Source of the DNA: Octopus sinensis
Taxonomy: Eukaryota
DNA length: 64,000 nucleotides
Assembly: GCF_006345805.1 (NCBI RefSeq)
Contig: NC_042999.1
Coordinates: forward strand, 140,492,001-140,556,000
Direction: 5' to 3'
Shown here one piece after another: positions 1-11,989 of the stretch. The position numbers and the translations under genes were made by a program. Under the pieces are notes generated by a model. The model had not been told where the DNA came from, searched no databases, and saw only the letters and a program-made list of their open reading frames with translations. Each line of letters starts with the position of its first letter. Positions within the stretch are counted from its first letter, which is position 1.

Positions 1-1110
1 ATGAGAGTAACAGGTGGTTATGAATTGGGGTAGAGGTTAATGTAGTGACTGATGTAAAAGGGTATAAAGTGTGGTTATTGGTAACTATCAGTATGAGGGG
101 AAGTGAAAGAAATAAGAGTGGTTCAGGAAGGAGGAGGTAATAGGTGGAAATACAGGAAGGAGGTGGATAGTAGCAGTATAATAAACCTGTAGATAGATCA
201 GCAAATATGAAGGTAGAGATGTACAGGGACAGAGAAATAAGTCAGAGATATGTAGCGGTGATTATAAAGAATGTGGAACAAAGGTAGGGTGAGAAAGATA
301 TGAGGGTGATAGCAGATATGAGAGGGTGTTAGAGATGAAGTATTGCAGCCCTAAGACAAAAATGAAGATATACCTGATGACACAAAAAGGAGTGAGCAGT
401 AGAAAATAAAGTGGGAAGGGATGATATTAAGAATGAGGGATGGATGTTAAGGGAAGTGGTTTCATGGGAAGGAGGAGGTAATAGCAGAACAGGAAAGAAA
501 TATGTGCAGATTCAACTAACTGAATAGTGTCATTGTTAGAGGAGTGATGAGTGTCAGGAAGATGAGAGGTAGGGTAAGTTTGACAGTAATGGATGAGGAG
601 TTGGTGAGGACTTGGTGAGTGTATAGACATAAACCTAATGCTTTTAGGACCTCACTATTGCCATGATGATGATAATGATTGAGCACTGTAAAACAGCAAT
701 CATCTTGGTCTTTTGTCATCACTATGAGGATAAACATCTTGAGATTGGTTTCACTTCCTAGTCCCATATGTGTGAGTGTGTTATAATATTTCACTCTACA
801 TTCTTGATTTAGAGTAGCTGTATATGCAAATATGCTCCTTACATCAATATATTCCTCATTTGTTATATTATTCAGTTCAAAAGGATAAAAAAAAAACCCG
901 TTGTTTCCTTCTTTATATTTTGTACCACAAACATCTTAAATCTTGTAAGCCACTTATCTTCATTGGTGATGTTAGTATCCTTCTTTTTAGGCTCTTTCTT
1001 TCTAACTACATCTAACTACATGTAAGATTCAGCCATTCAGTACATACACACACACACAGATTTTTTATAATTCTGTTTTTGTTTCTCTGTAATAGAATAA
1101 AAGTAGATTG

Positions 1111-3200
1111 GGATCTTTTCCTTTTGATGGACGGAATTTTCTAGTTAACTAAACAATTTGAAACTTCGTATACTGGTAGAATGTGTCAAAAGAAAACAAT
1201 ATTGTAAATAAAATTGTAATTTGTAAGTTTAACGTAGTTTAATTCTTCGAATTTTAACCAATGAAATGCCAGCATTTGAGCTCAAATCATTTGCTGCGTT
1301 ATCGATATTGATAAACAAACATAGCAGACGCACGCCGCACACACACACACACACACACATATATTCAGACGACTGGCCTCCGTGCTGTGGGCACAACAAA
1401 CACCATCTGATCGTGGCCGTTCGCCAGCCTCACCTGGCACCTGTGTCGGTGGCACATAAAAACACCATCCAAAGACCCGGCGACGTAGTCAGTCCACCTG
1501 TGCATACCTTCCCTCTTATGACACTTGTGAAGACCTGTTGAGGCAGAGGCAAGTGTGTGACACTTGTGAAGACCTGTTGAGGCAGAGGCAAGTGTGTGAC
1601 ACTTGTGGAGACCTGTTGAGGCAAGTGTGTGACACGCGTGACACTTGTGAAGACCTGTTGAGGCAAGTGAAAATCAAACCAAATCAAAATAGATGAACAT
1701 CAATGGAATTTGTATCTTTGTGGTTCCAGTACCGGTGGCACACAAGAAAACCATCCGATCGTGGCCGTTCGCCAGCCACATCTGGCACCTGTGTCGGTGG
1801 CACATAAAGACACCATCCGAAGACCCGGCGACGTAGACAGTCCACCTGTGCATACCTTCCTTCTTGTGACACTTGTGAAGACCTGTTGAGGCAAGTGACA
1901 CTTGTGAAGACCTGTTGAGGCAAGTGAAAATCAAATCAAATCAAAACAAATCAAAATAGATGAACATAAATGGAATTTGTATCTTTGTGGTACCAGTGCC
2001 GTGGCACACAAGAAAATCATCCGAACGTGGCCGTAGCCAGTACCGCATAGACTGGCCTCCGTGCTTTGGGGACGTAACAAACACCATCCGATCGTGGCCG
2101 TCCGCCAGCCTCATCTGGCACCTGTGTCGGTGGCACATAAAAACACCATCCGAGCGTGGCCGTCTGCCAGCCTCGTCTGGCACCTGCCAGCCTCATCTGG
2201 CACCTGTGTCGGTGGCACATAAAAACACCATCCGAGCGTGGCCGTCTGCCAGCCTCGTCTGGCACCTGTGTCGGTGGCACATAAAAACACCATCCGAGCG
2301 TGGCCGTTCGCCAGCCTCGTCTGGCACCTGTGTCGGTGGCACATAAAATCACCCACTACACTCTCGGAGTGGTTGGCGTTAGGAAGGGCATCCAGCTGTA
2401 GAAACACTGCCAGATCTGACTGGCCTGGTGCAGCCTTCGGGCTCCCCAGACCCCGGTTGAACCGTCCAACCCATGCTAGCATGGAAAACGGACGCTAAAT
2501 GATGATGATGATGATGATGATGATACACACGTACACTTGCACACACACACACACACTCTCTCTCTCTCTCAAACACATGCATATACATTTGCACAAGCAC
2601 ATAGTAATTAATATATAAGCGTACACACACATACAAACGGAGATATACATACACACAAGCATACATACACGTTCGTGAGTTCACACTGGTGTCGATAGAA
2701 TTGACTTAATACTTTTGTATCTCATGCTTTGTCCCCTCTGTGTTTTGCCCCTTGCCGCAACAAATTTACACAAAAGGTAAATAAACCAGAAGGGGAGGGG
2801 GGGTTAATGTTTCATTGTTTCGGGGACGATAAATTAAGTACCAATTACGTACTGGTGTCAAGGATTTTTTTCCCAATTTATATCACAGCCTCCAACAAGC
2901 TGGGGCATCCTTTTATCAAAAAATATTTCGCAAATTTTTACAATACGACCCACACTCCACACGCACCCTCTAGACCAATTTAGGCATATTATTGTTTTGT
3001 TTTTGTTGTTTCTGGCCCTTCAAAACCATGGGAGAAGCCTTTTCGGTAAAAAAAAATAAAGAAAATATTTAAAAAATATCGTTAATATTTTTATTGGGCG
3101 ACGAAATTCATCGATTTAAGAGATATAGCTGTTATTTCTAGCACATGCCTCCTCCTTCCGCCTTTGTTTATCAAACAGACAGAAGAGAGAAGGATGAATA

Positions 3201-3235
<35 letters not shown>

Positions 3236-3458
3236 TTACGTTGCAAGAGGATATTGTCTGAGTTTTTAGGCGCAGCAAATGATTTGAGCTCAAATGCTGG
3301 CATTTCATTGGTTAAAATTCGAAGAATTAAACTAAGTTAAACTTACAAATTACAATTTTGTTTTCAATAATGTTTTCTTTTGACACATTCTACCAGTATA
3401 CTAAGTTTCAAATTGTTTAGTTAACTAGAAAATTCCGTCCATCAAAAGGAAAAGATTC
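1111..3458. mobile_element. Non-autonomous DNA transposon with 188-bp TIRs and an 8-bp TSD
   Basis: 1111-1298 is the near-perfect reverse complement of 3271-3458. Flanks are gtagattg (1103-1110) and atagattg (3459-3466). No transposase seen. Confidence 0.85.
1371..2524 (+). mobile_element. (GAT)n-tailed SINE-like element with internal tandem modules, nested in the TIR element
   Basis: Conserved 3' block ...ggagtggttggcgttaggaagggcatccagc...aacccatgctagcatggaaaacggacgctaaa(tga)n, shared with several other copies in the window. Confidence 0.85.
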
Positions 3459-3955
3459 ATAGATTGTCTGACATTCATGCCTTTCTCACAAAAATTAGGA
3501 ATGTAAGTGAAATGAAACAAAGCTGCAATCTGAAACCTAAATTCAGAGCACGTGCTATGGTACTCATCAAATTAAAATACAAATTTACATTTGCTAAAAT
3601 TAAACTAAGCTGATATATCCATTTTAGAAAGTGAGAACAGATGATATTATTATTACATAAGTATTTAGAAAGTCAGTCATGTCCTGGTGCCACATGGAGC
3701 TGGCAACATAAAGATGAAGGTGCAACCTGTATATTATAACTCTTACTCCTACTACTATCTTAAAAAAGAAAGACTTCATTTGGTCCTTGATATGCTTAAA
3801 AAGATGGGATGGTCAGGGTTGGAATATTTTAAATCTGTTCTGTTAGAGTTGACTTGGAGCCAAGCAACAACAACAACAACTAATGAAAGGGTTGTAAGTA
3901 TTTGAATGAAAGCTTCCATAAATATCCTTATTCGAAATAGAACTAATCAACTTAC

Positions 3956-4066
3956 CCTATGCATAGGTTCTTCAACATCTCTTTCAGGAAAGTCTTCTTC
4001 TTCAAGGTTTCCTGATATGGCTCTTCTAATTTCTGGACCAAGATCATGCACCGCACGTAATCCAGC
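3956..4066 (-). CDS. Cav1: Cav1 exon, post-IQ (AGLRAVHDLGPEIRRAISGNLEEEDFPERDVEEPMHR)
   Basis: tttttcag|GCT ... AGG|gtaagt, 111 nt, phase 0/0. Matches the AGLRxLHDxGPEIRRAISG motif. The next exon was not found in 1-3955. Confidence 0.95.
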
Positions 4067-4516
4067 CTGAAAAATAGTTCCATAAAAATATAAGTTATTC
4101 CACAATATAAACAAAGGCTGAGTAAGTGTACCACTGTAACCAGAATGGACCATTTATTTAACAAGCAGTTAATTTAGCTGAAGGCAATAAAAGTAATAAA
4201 TACTAGTATTTAAGTAATAGACACCATAGCGGGAACAAAGAACTACAAAAAAATCAGTATTTGATGAACAATCACCATATATGGAACATGAATTGGATGG
4301 GAAAATTTATCTGATATATAATAATCACAAGGATAACTGTGATATGAAGCATAACAAAGAAAAAGAAATTAATGAGGATAAACAGATGGACAAATGATGA
4401 GGATGAAAAGAGGAATAAATAAGAAAGATAAGGATGAAGAAAAATGACAAGTAAGAATAAGGCAACATGCACAGAAGAAAAAAAAATATACAATGATAGT
4501 GATAATGATATCATAC

Positions 4517-4647
4517 CTGTAAAGCATTTGTGTGTTCCTGCCCTTTTTGAATCTTTTGTATTTGTTCTTTTCGCTTTTTGAACCGTCGGAAATAATCCTG
4601 GATTAGGAAGGTTGCATAGAATTTCCCCACTGTAACTTCATCATCCC
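4517..4647 (-). CDS. Cav1: Cav1 exon, calmodulin-binding IQ motif ([43 protein letters not shown])
   Basis: ccttacacag|GG GAT ... CAG|gtatga, 131 nt, phase 1/0. Confidence 0.97.
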
Positions 4648-7600
4648 CTGTGTAAGGCATAGGAAATAAGACCAACTTCAGTATTAAGTGTACTAATTTA
4701 AAGGCTATACAAGACAGAGTAGGACAGTATCAAATAACCTGATGTAACAGTTGTTTATTTAATAATACATTCAAATCTATGCTTAGTCATTTAACAAGTC
4801 CCAGATCAAAAACAAGTCCAATTTCAAAGCATTCATTTTCCTTTTGATATATGGATTTAGAATTTACACAAATGAAAATTTGTTGAAAACATACTATATA
4901 AGGCTAAATATTAATTGTTAAGAGATTTATTTTTGCATATGTTTTTCATCTTTAGCATAGATAACTCTAGCTTAATGTATTTAATAAGATGAAAGATTAC
5001 AGAATAGTGGAGGTGCAAAATTATATTAGTAAGTTTTCTCATAACTGATATTGCACCAAATCCAGGACAAGTCAATATAAGGTCAGGATGAATATAAGCT
5101 AGCTATAATTAATATATTCATCAGACTTAGTGGATATTGTTCATTCAATAATCATAACATAATGCATTGCCAGCATAAATGTAAATTCATCAGAATGTGT
5201 GAAAAGTATAAAGGGGGTTTTGAAGGAGATAGACAAGAGCCTTAAGTAACAAGCTCCTGTTAAGATACCCCTCTGAGCTTTAGATTCTTCATCACAAAAT
5301 CATTTTGCTTCACTGTTTTTGTAAATGCTTGGGAAAAAAAGTGTTGTTACAACCTTCCATCTCTCTAATCAATTTGAAACCTGGCATCAATGTATGAAAT
5401 CAGTTTTAAAATTGCAAAGTTATTATTTTTTCAACTTCAAAATGAACAAAACAGTAGAATGTTGAAGTAGAAATTGCTATTTTGCCATCTGGTATCTTAC
5501 TAGTCTGAGTTCAAATCATGCCAAGGTCTATTTCATCTTTAATTTCTTTGGGCTTAGCAAAATTAATTACAAGTATTATTCATATACTGTCATTAATTGA
5601 ATCAGCTATAAATCTGTTACAAGAAAAAAAGAAACCCAACAAAATTACCTTAAGTTTAATTGAAACAAATCAAACTATCAACATCACACTAATAGCAATA
5701 ACAATAGTAATAATAAAGCAATAGATTCAGCAATTAGCCAACAAGATTCAAGTATAGAGGTAATTACAGTAGTAGCAGCAATAGTGGCAGCAATAGCAGC
5801 AATACACATAGATATGGCAATAACGAAGAGAAAGAGAGAGAGATATATAGAGAGAGTTGCAGCAACAGATAAAGGTTATATATATATTGCATGTTTGTGT
5901 ATGCTAACAGGTTTCACAACATAAGAGTAGTTGAAACACGCTTGTGGTAGAAGTGCAAAGACTCAGTTAAGGTGTATGTGAGTGAGAGAAAGAGAGAGAG
6001 TATGCATGTGTAGAAATAAAGTTATATGTCCTGCTTTACAGGTTTCATGCAGTTGCATGTACAATTGCAAAGAGTGGCAAAAGGATTTGATTTCTAATTT
6101 AAGATGATTTACTGCCTTGAAGCAAATATTAGCAGTAGTTTGATCACTTCCACTGTTATGTGGAGGACATTCAACTTCTGTTTACTTTCTCAGAGATTTT
6201 AATGTCAACAACTCCTACTGTCTTTCTAATTTCAGCCATTCCAATGCAATTGGTGCAGAGGCTGTAATTGTTGCCACCTGAACTGCACACGCTAGCTTAT
6301 TTTCTCCCTATGCATGTCCATCACTTGTTTACTAACTCTCTGAACATTCTATTTCTTTCTCACCTCCAAACCCATCCGTACTCAAGCAATATGCATACTC
6401 TAGTTCTTGAAGCATAGAGTATTTTTTCTATAAGTAAAAGCCTTGGTCTTACATGTAAATACACAAGAATATTTACATATGTATACATGTATATATATTT
6501 ATATACATAAATGATGTGAGGATTTAACGATATAACTTATATAACATGGCTAAGTCAAGGCATTAAAATAAACAGCAGCTCATCACTCTCTATGGCCCAA
6601 TACATTTTGTATTAATTATTCAGTGTAATTGGCCAAAAGTTTTCTCTGCAGGACTTGCAAGAATATTTTCAGGTAGAAGTAGTTATTAAATTAACTGCTT
6701 CATTATCATGATTAAAACTAAATCCATTACATCAAGAAAGAATACCAAGTCCTTTGTTAAACAAATTAACAATTAGAAATTTCTCACACTGAAACAAAAA
6801 TTTAATAATTGAATTTATGTTGGAATGCCTTATGAATACTATAATGATAGAAACAGAGTAACAGAAGAAAGTACGGAGAAAAATAAGAGAGAAAGAATAC
6901 AGCTTGACCAAGCAGACATTTTGTTCAATGAAAATTATCATTATCATTCAAAACTGTATGTAAAGAACATTCTCAAAGCAATTGTAGATTTATTTGGTTT
7001 AGCTGTCAGCAAGACATGTCATGCAGAATTTTCTTTTCAAAGCAATTTTATTTTATTGAAATATCAGGGGTAGAAAAAATTTCTGGAATTGTCTAATTTT
7101 ATCTATTTTTTCTTGAGAAATTTTTCACAAAAATGTTATTAACTTTCACATTAGTTTCAAAATAACTTCTAGAACAACTAAGAAAAGAAAAATTGTCTTT
7201 CTTGAAGGAAAATGAAAATGAAAAACTATGTAAATTTCAATATTGATTATTGATTAAGAAACCATTATAACTATTTATTATTATTATTACTTCTATTTTT
7301 ATCATTTGGTCAGTGAGGCATTCCAACAGTGAAGGTGAATTTATCTGATAATTGTTTACACATTTCACACTTCTTTATTATTAAATGGACAGCTACCATT
7401 GACTTTTGAACCAAATAATAATGGATATTATACAGAAGTGAATGGTAGATGTCTTGATCACGTATGTTGGTCTCTGGGGTTGATAGGGGTAACATGAGGG
7501 AGGGAGGGAGGGAGGGATAGAGGAAATGATGTCCATGGATAATGAAAGGGAATAACAAATATATAGAAAGGGTTTACATAGAACAAAAGACAAGGGAAAT

Positions 7601-9332
7601 AGTATTTGTACCATATGATAAATAATTGTGCAACTTTTATTTCTTTTTTCAAGTCTTACTCAATGTGTTGTATGTGAATATTGGTAAATTGGTACATGTG
7701 TCTTCAGTTATTGTAGATGTTTAGGGTTATCAATTATACATCCATTAATTATGTACATGTAAGGGTAATTATGAATAGTTCTTGTCTTTGTGTTTGTCTT
7801 GTATTGAACTTCTTACTTTTTTAGGCATAAACTAAATGCCTTTTAACATGCTTAAGTTAGGTGCTTTTACCAAATATCTTAGTGAATATTTTCTTGAAAC
7901 ATTAGATTAGTATGTAATATAGAAGTAAATTTTCCCCATGATTCATTAGTATTCAGTACCTGTTTCTTACATCTGTTCAATTATTTCAAATAATAACTCA
8001 GATTACATTTAGAAACATCAGTTAAAATTTTAGTACAGTGATTTTATTGCAGAGAATGTATATTCAACAGTAAGTCTAGTTAAGTGCCTCGTGGATATGA
8101 ACTGAAATCCAGTGGATGGGTGATTTTAGTCTTTCATCATTTTTATCACTTTGACATTGATAGCAGATTTATCATTGATATATTAAGACAGAAAGAACAA
8201 AGACACAACCTCATCAAATTAGCATTCTTTTTTTTTTATCTTGATGCTAGCTGGAAAGAGTAACTGACCCTTTTAGGAACTTAAAGTAGGAAGTGTCAGT
8301 GGACAAAGTTGGAGGCTTTCATAAGGAATCACGTCCTTTAGGCAAGAAACACAGATAGTAAGGATATTCACACTTAATACTTGGGAAGTCAAGAAAGGCA
8401 TTCAATATAATAAGAATAATGGAAGATCAGCACAGAATAATATTAAACAAATGTCCTTAAAAATATCTTGGGAGTATGATATTTTTCTTTTCACTGGTCA
8501 TGAATTGGTTTAGACCATGGTGGCATTGCTGGAGTACCTCCATGAATGTATTTATGAAATAGATCACAATGATAGCTTCACAGAAATAATAATAAGCAAT
8601 GTGGTTTCAACTTTTAGGCTAACTTTATATATATATGAGTGTGTGTGTGTGTGTACGTATAAATATGTATATTATTATTATTATTTGATTGAACACCACA
8701 CATCCATTTCCAAGTATATGTATGTATGTATGTAAGTATGTATGGATAGATGAATATTAAAAAGATACACGAAGAGAATTGCTTTGATCAGTGACTGTAG
8801 AAGTACCAATAAAGTAGGCAGAAACAAGCAAACATAGGCAAGCAATGCACAAGAGATTGCAATTTGTATCATATCTTACAACTACAGATCCTAAATGACA
8901 CAGTAAAAGTGGTTGGGACAATGGTAAGTATGTTCTTAACAAGGTTTTTTCCCCTCAAATATGAAAGAAAACTTGCTGGACTAATTTTCCATATTTTCTA
9001 AAAGGATACTATAGTTTTCTTAAGAGATATTAAAATTACAATTTTATTGAACAAAGTTTTGATTAATTTATTAGGGCACTTCTCTTTCTGCCTTTAAGAA
9101 AAACAAAAGATCTTTGAAAATACGATCCTTGTTTTGCTGAAATAAGGCAAATAAATTGTTACCAATAGTTACCAATAAAAAAATGCTGCATCATATATTA
9201 TGCATGAGGATGCAACCTTATCAGAAACCAATTTAACCCAAAGAGCCTTGCTAAAATGTTATGTTATCTCTGATAGTGCCTGGTATCACAGGTTTTTCAT
9301 TTAACATAAAAGTATCACCTTATCATTTCCCT

Positions 9333-10370
9333 ATAAGCATGTTCTATAAACATGTTTGCAAGGAGATTCTTAGAAAATAGAATATAATAGTTCACTATTA
9401 CAGAGTTGGCAGAATTCTTTGCCTTTAACGTATGGGAATATTAGTCTGTTAAATAAGAATCCAATTACTGAAAATAATAACATTAATTTAGCTAATACTA
9501 ACCATCCCCCTAGAAATATTAACAACAAGGTTATTGTCTCTGAAGTCAATTCCAACAGAATTAAGTTTATGTCTAGTAATTCTAAGACTAAAAACTCTAT
9601 ATACCAGTGTAAAATTACTTCCAGTACCGATGTCTTTTTTTTATACAGGTAGTTCTTCTTCTCAATTATCTAAAAGAATTTCTAATCATTACTCTACATT
9701 TAGGCATAGTAATAAATGCGACAGTACAGGGCTTAGTAAATTAATTTGGTATCTAAAAGATCATAATAAACAATTTAATTTAGATTGGTTGATTCTCTCC
9801 ATTTCATTCCCATATGATAAAGGCAAAGAATTCTGCCAACTCTGTAATAGTGAACTATATTATATTCTATTTTCGAAGAATCCCCTTGTAAACATGTTTA
9901 TAGAGCTTGCTTATCGATGTAAACATTGGTAGAAACATACCTTTAGTTCATATAAGTGATATCTACCAGTCTATATAATTTGAACATTGGTTTTTCTTAC
10001 ATTTCACTTCCACTAGATATATCTATTTCCAAGCCTTTAAGCTTTTATTTTAATTCACATATTGCTCTATATTTCCCCTTTATTAGTTTTCTGCTTATTT
10101 CTTTCCTTTACCCCTTCTCTTTCTATAGGCTGCCTTTGACGTTATAAAAAAAATGTTTAAAAAAACTAAACAGCATTCTGTTCATCATTATACACATCCA
10201 TCACATTTTGTTAAAATGTCTTACTGATGAGTTTGGTTTCTTTCTTTCCTTCCCTGATGAGAAGATTACATTGTTTTACACCATTTTATTCCTTTTGGAA
10301 TAATACCAATGTTGTCTTCGAAACATGTCGGAAGTAGAAGAATTTGCATAACACCTGCGTTTAACTCTAT
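9333..10370 (+). mobile_element. 5'-truncated Penelope-like element: GIY-YIG C-terminus, inverted 5' partial repeat, 3' hammerhead
   Basis: SIYQCKIT...(frameshift in T-run near 9635)...YTGSSSSQLSKRISNHYSTF...TGLSKLIWYLKD...FCQLCNSEL...RCKHW, stop at 9932. 9333-9440 is an inverted copy of about 9808-9914. The 3' boundary is approximate. Confidence 0.8.
10249..10334 (+). ncRNA. Type I hammerhead ribozyme, minimal stem III (PLE type)
   Basis: Stem I cttcc/ggaag, core CTGATGA (10254-10260), stem II gaagattacattg/caatgttgtcttc with a G-C closing pair, GAAA (10320-10323), stem III ACATGT, GUC cleavage triplet ending at 10329. Confidence 0.85.
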
Positions 10371-10529
10371 TTATTTATATATATTATACAAAATATTTCA
10401 CATCAACCCAGAGATTCTACCTTTACAAACAGGGTGTTATGTCATTATTTGTGTGATTTTTTGCTGCCCTGGTAAGTGTTTATTTATTTCTTTTCATGTT
10501 AATTGTAAACAAGGGAAAAATACACACAT

Positions 10530-10594
<65 letters not shown>

Positions 10595-10974
10595 CATAAA
10601 TGAGTAGTATAAGATGTGGATTCAGAGAATCATGTAGCTATCACTGAAAGCACCTCTTACAAACTCGGCTAACAGTCCACAAAGTAATTCAATACCAACC
10701 AGTTTAATGTAGAGTGTCCAAGCAACTGAAATCCAGAAGATCCAGTCAATGAAATTATTTTATGAGGAGTATATAAACCATAAAAATCACAAAGTAAGAG
10801 AGGTGAATATATATCTAACCATGGGACATTCTCAGGATTACAGCCATTTTGCAACCTTCTTCATGTAGTATTAATTTCCGTGTAGAAGAAATTATGCTAA
10901 TATGTTTGCATTAATATGTATGCTCAGTATTATACAATTGTATACTCACAAATCAATGCAAATAAAGAAAGCTG

Positions 10975-11068
10975 GCTCATCAGCTCACAGAACGTCATGG
11001 TTACACCAACATCTCAACTCAAAGTTGAAGTGTTGATGTAACCATGATGTTCTGGTAATCTGATGAGC
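10975..11068. other. 94-nt near-perfect hairpin
   Basis: 10988-11019 pairs with 11023-11054 with few mismatches. Basal stem gctcatcag/ctgatgagc. Confidence 0.8.
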
Positions 11069-11077
11069 TATTTTCCT

Positions 11078-11216
11078 TTTACTAGCATTGATTTGTGAAT
11101 ATACAATTGTGAATATACAATTTACAATTGTGAATATACAATTTACTAGCATTGATTTGTGAATATACAATTTGTGAATATACAATTTGTGAATATACAA
11201 TTTGTGAATATACAAT
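11078..11216. repeat. Minisatellite of (t)ttgtgaatatacaa units with a higher-order duplication
   Basis: Seven copies of ttgtgaatatacaa. The tttactagcattgatttgtgaatatacaa block occurs twice. Confidence 0.9.
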
Positions 11217-11240
11217 AATGCTGATCATACATAATAATGC

Positions 11241-11242
<2 letters not shown>

Positions 11243-11271
<29 letters not shown>

Positions 11272-11394
11272 TTAACGTCCGCTTTCCATGCTAGCATGGG
11301 TTGGACGATTTGACTGAGGTCTGGCGAACCAGACTCCAATTTGATCTGGCAGAGTTTCTACAGCTGGATGCCCTTCCTAACGCCAACCACTCCA
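11243..11394 (-). mobile_element. (GAT)n-tailed SINE 3' fragment
   Basis: Reverse complement of the 2365-2520 block, with a (cat)n tail. Confidence 0.85.
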
Positions 11395-11951
11395 AGAAGA
11401 CCACAATGCTGTTAATTATGTGTCTAAAAGCAGTAGACTTTTCACTAGGACAAGGTAGTAAAAGGGTGGTTTTTCTAGCCATTATTAACATTCAGTATAC
11501 AGGCCTGTACTGTGTGTATTTGCATAAAGAGTAAATCCAACGGACTTCCACACAGTTTCCACTTGTTTGATTTCATTCGCAAGACATGAGTCCATCCAAG
11601 CCTGACACTCATCCAAGATGTCACATACTGGTATTGAACCAGAGACTTCATGATTGTGAAACAAACTTCTTAACTATTCGGTTATGTCCTCTACCTGTAT
11701 TTCAAACAGGGGATTAGACTAAGGATACTGGTGTCATTGAAATAATCAAACCTCTTAGGATTTGATAATTTCTTCCACATGGAAATTAATACTACATGAA
11801 GTAGTTGCAAAACAGCTGTAATCGTAATGATATCATGCAGTTTAATAAATGTATATTCACCTCTCATACCTCCTCACTTTTATGGTGTGTGTGTGTGTAT
11901 AATGTACATACCTATATATCCTCTTAAATTTTATCTATTATTGTATTCTCC

Positions 11952-11989
<38 letters not shown>

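Noticed and set aside
1-800. Purine-rich block (similar to 63060-63370) as a gene or LINE
   Set aside because: Probably an ancient repeat, but no diagnostic motif or splice-consistent frame could be read.
1515-1925. Recurring 26-nt gacacttgtgaagacctgttgaggca repeats as a CRISPR array
   Set aside because: No unique spacers, irregular period, embedded in a eukaryotic retroposon, and no cas genes.
11060-11100. Other CTGATGA hits as hammerheads (also 373, 37811, 42799, 44957, 52349)
   Set aside because: No correctly placed GAAA and NUH with supporting stems.
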